Shown piece by piece: positions 61,800 to 64,000 of a stretch of 64,000 bases of DNA. The number at the start of each line of letters is the position of its first letter. Position 1 is the stretch's first letter. A model generated the notes under the pieces. The model searched no databases. It had not been told where the DNA came from and worked only from the letters and a program-made list of their open reading frames with translations. Origin of the DNA: Bdellovibrionales bacterium (GTDB taxonomy: Bacteria; Bdellovibrionota; Bdellovibrionia; Bdellovibrionales; UBA1609); the NCBI GenBank assembly GCA_965200875.1, contig OZ241456.1, positions 1,504,001-1,568,000 on the forward strand, given 5' to 3'. The position numbers and the translations under genes were made by a program.

Positions 61800-63239
61800 A
61801 TGCGTTTTGAAAAACCGGCACTTAATTTTTCCGGCCTAAAAGTTCCACTGATTGTATTTACTCTTTGTGGAAACAGTTTACCTTCACACTCCTCTCAAAC
61901 TTTCAAAACTTTAAAAGAATTTGAAAAACATCTGCAAAAAAACTCAATACCTCTACAGGAAATGGGTGTGATTGTGGCAGATGCAAATAAACCTCTTTAT
62001 CAACTAAATGCAAATCAAAGTTTTATCCCAGCCTCTCTGATAAAGCTTTTTACCGCTTCCGCTTTGCTGGATTTATTATCCCCCTCTTTGCAATTCACTA
62101 CGCGCTTCCTAACAAAACACAAAATCAAAGGGTCTGTTTTAAAAGGCGATCTTTATCTGAAAGGTGGAGGAGATCCAGCTTTTGTCTCGGAAAGTCTATG
62201 GAACTTGGTGAATAACCTGAAACGCACTGGACTAAAAAAAATTGAAGGCGACTTAATTGTGGATGAAAGCCTTTTTGATGGAAAAATTAAAGGAGAGCGT
62301 CTCCCTCAACCCTCCCATTCCAGCTATGACGCTCCCGTAGGAGCTTTATCCTTTAACTGGAACACAGCTAATATATATTTACGCCCTGGAAAAAAAAGGG
62401 GAGACCCTTTAGCAGTAATTGTTGACCCTTCTCCCTTATATTTTGCCAATATTGAAAATCATACAAAAACAGCAAAAAAACAAAGTGTTTTCATTCAAAG
62501 ATACACAAAGAACTCACGGGAATCCCTGAAAATATCTGGTTCTCTTCCTCTTTTAAGTCCCGAAATTCTTATTTATAGAAATATTTTATACCCTGCAATA
62601 TGGACGGGGTGGAATACTTTGAGTTTTCTTAAACAAAGAGGAATCTATATCACAGGGCGTATAAAAAAGGGGAAAACACCTCATAAAGCGTCTGTTCTGG
62701 CGGAATGGAAAAGCAGACCCCTGACAGAACATATTAAGCTAATGATGAAATACTCAAATAACTTTATGGTGGAAATGCTGGTTAAAAATATGGTCGTGGA
62801 ATTGATGGGAAAAACAGGCAATTTAAAAGATGGACTGCAAATAATAAAAGAACATATTAAAAACCTGGGCATAAATCCTCAAGAATACAGCATGATACAA
62901 GCCTCAGGTCTCAGCAGAAAGAATAAACTCACACCATACCATTTGTTAAAAGTCCTGAAATACTGGCTAAATCATCCTCTACAACCGGAATTTGAGTCAG
63001 CTTTGCCAATAGCTGGTGAAGATGGCACTTTAGAAAAATATTTTAAAAAATCCAACTTAAAGGGGCATATTCATGCCAAAACAGGCAGTATCCGGGGAGT
63101 AACAGGGCTGGCCGGATATTTAACGACAAAAAAAGGAGAGAAAAAAATATTTGTTTTTCTCTTTAATGGTCCTGCCTCTTCTCAGAAAAAAGCAGAAGCA
63201 TTGTTTCGAAAATGGGCGTATATCATATCGAACCTTTAA
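61800..63239 (+). CDS. dacB: D-alanyl-D-alanine carboxypeptidase/endopeptidase PBP4
   Basis: PASLIK (SxxK), GGGDP, SNN, SGLSR, AKTG. Confidence 0.92.
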   Translation: MRFEKPALNFSGLKVPLIVFTLCGNSLPSHSSQTFKTLKEFEKHLQKNSIPLQEMGVIVADANKPLYQLNANQSFIPASLIKLFTASALLDLLSPSLQFTTRFLTKHKIKGSVLKGDLYLKGGGDPAFVSESLWNLVNNLKRTGLKKIEGDLIVDESLFDGKIKGERLPQPSHSSYDAPVGALSFNWNTANIYLRPGKKRGDPLAVIVDPSPLYFANIENHTKTAKKQSVFIQRYTKNSRESLKISGSLPLLSPEILIYRNILYPAIWTGWNTLSFLKQRGIYITGRIKKGKTPHKASVLAEWKSRPLTEHIKLMMKYSNNFMVEMLVKNMVVELMGKTGNLKDGLQIIKEHIKNLGINPQEYSMIQASGLSRKNKLTPYHLLKVLKYWLNHPLQPEFESALPIAGEDGTLEKYFKKSNLKGHIHAKTGSIRGVTGLAGYLTTKKGEKKIFVFLFNGPASSQKKAEALFRKWAYIISNL

Positions 63240-63355
63240 TCGGCAATGAAATTGCATATTATTTTCTCCTGAACTGATATTTTTTAATATTTATGCAATA
63301 TTGCTCCGCAGTATCAATACCCTTTATTCCCTATAAAGTTTTATAAGAAATCATC

Positions 63356-64000
63356 ATGTATCGTCTTTCGATTTTTACTTTAATGACTTTTCTGATGGCT
63401 TGCGGGCCTTCAATACCGGATGATTTTTTTAATTCTGGTCCAAGTCCTTATGGAAAATATTCAAAAGCCGGGGTGGAGTACTTTCAAGAAATTGGATTTT
63501 GTTTTGAGTTTGAGGAATGTAAAGACCCTAGTGTAAAAAAATGGACTTCCAAGGTTACGGTTAAAATATCCGGCAATTACACAGAATCAGATGAAATAGA
63601 GTTGGATAACATTATAGAAGAGCTGTCCGAGCTGACCGGGTTATCCATCACAAAGGTAACAGGTAACGCGGACATAAATATTTATTTTACAACACAAAAT
63701 AAATTTAAAAAATACATTCCCCAATACAACGAAAATAATCCGCAAGATGGTTTGTTTTCCGTTAACTACGACAAAAATTATGTATTTTATACAGCCACTA
63801 TTTGTATTGAAGATCGTTTTTCAGAACAAAAAAAGCACCATTTACTCAGAGAGGAATTGACTCAGAGCTTTGGATTGGCTCAAGATTCTTACAAATATCC
63901 AAACAGTATTTTTCAGCAAGACCCTCAATACAGACCCACAGAATATGCGGAAATTGATAAAGAAGTTATTCAAATTCTATACAGTAAAAAAGTAAAACCC
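63356..64000 (+). CDS. DUF2927-like lipoprotein, partial; runs off the right edge
   Basis: Not in the track. Manual translation MYRLSIFTLMTFLMAC...KKW...HLLREELTQSFGL.QDS..YPNSIF...ID..VIQILY. Confidence 0.7.
   Translation, partial: MYRLSIFTLMTFLMACGPSIPDDFFNSGPSPYGKYSKAGVEYFQEIGFCFEFEECKDPSVKKWTSKVTVKISGNYTESDEIELDNIIEELSELTGLSITKVTGNADINIYFTTQNKFKKYIPQYNENNPQDGLFSVNYDKNYVFYTATICIEDRFSEQKKHHLLREELTQSFGLAQDSYKYPNSIFQQDPQYRPTEYAEIDKEVIQILYSKKVKP

Noticed and set aside
1..64000. tRNA, rRNA, integrase, reverse transcriptase or prophage structural genes
   Set aside because: None recognised by eye; a tRNAscan/Infernal run would be needed to exclude small RNAs.

Overview
AT-rich bacterial chromosomal segment. 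Gene content and order suggest a Bdellovibrionota/deltaproteobacterial lineage (inference). It has three zones. (1) 1-9.4 kb: partial tolQ, a lone sufB, two paralogous Cys-rich exported proteins, a cassette-like row of secreted pentapeptide/small proteins separated by a ~155-bp hairpin element, and a type IV pilin-like cluster whose third gene is truncated. (2) ~9.4-40.5 kb: a dense defence/conflict island. It holds a decayed type I RM (internally deleted hsdR, orphan hsdS, no hsdM), an intact EcoAI-like type I RM, two Fic genes (one with a nonsense codon), two DinD, RhuM, an RloC-like ATPase, TcmP + DUF5131, a Panacea antitoxin and partner, a TIR two-gene unit, mini GIY-YIG genes, an IS1634 scar, a 1760-aa AAA_14/DUF4143-REase-TPR-PIN fusion and an orphan AAA ATPase. 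Two stand-alone Rpn C-terminal genes (5.2 and 39.2 kb) bracket most of the accessory DNA. (3) 40.5-64 kb: housekeeping genes (lnt, nadD-rsfS fusion, degenerate obg, rpmA, rplU, rne/rng, acyl-CoA carboxylase, rpsP, khpA, rimM, tpiA, SSS transporter, lspA-like, ABC substrate-binding protein, dacB), with putA apparently split by a ~10-kb inversion. The most unusual signals are 28-bp palindromes found both inside dinD coding sequence and as a free-standing array beside dinD, the giant fusion protein, and the hairpin-separated cassette array. All calls come from reading motifs by eye; no searches were run.
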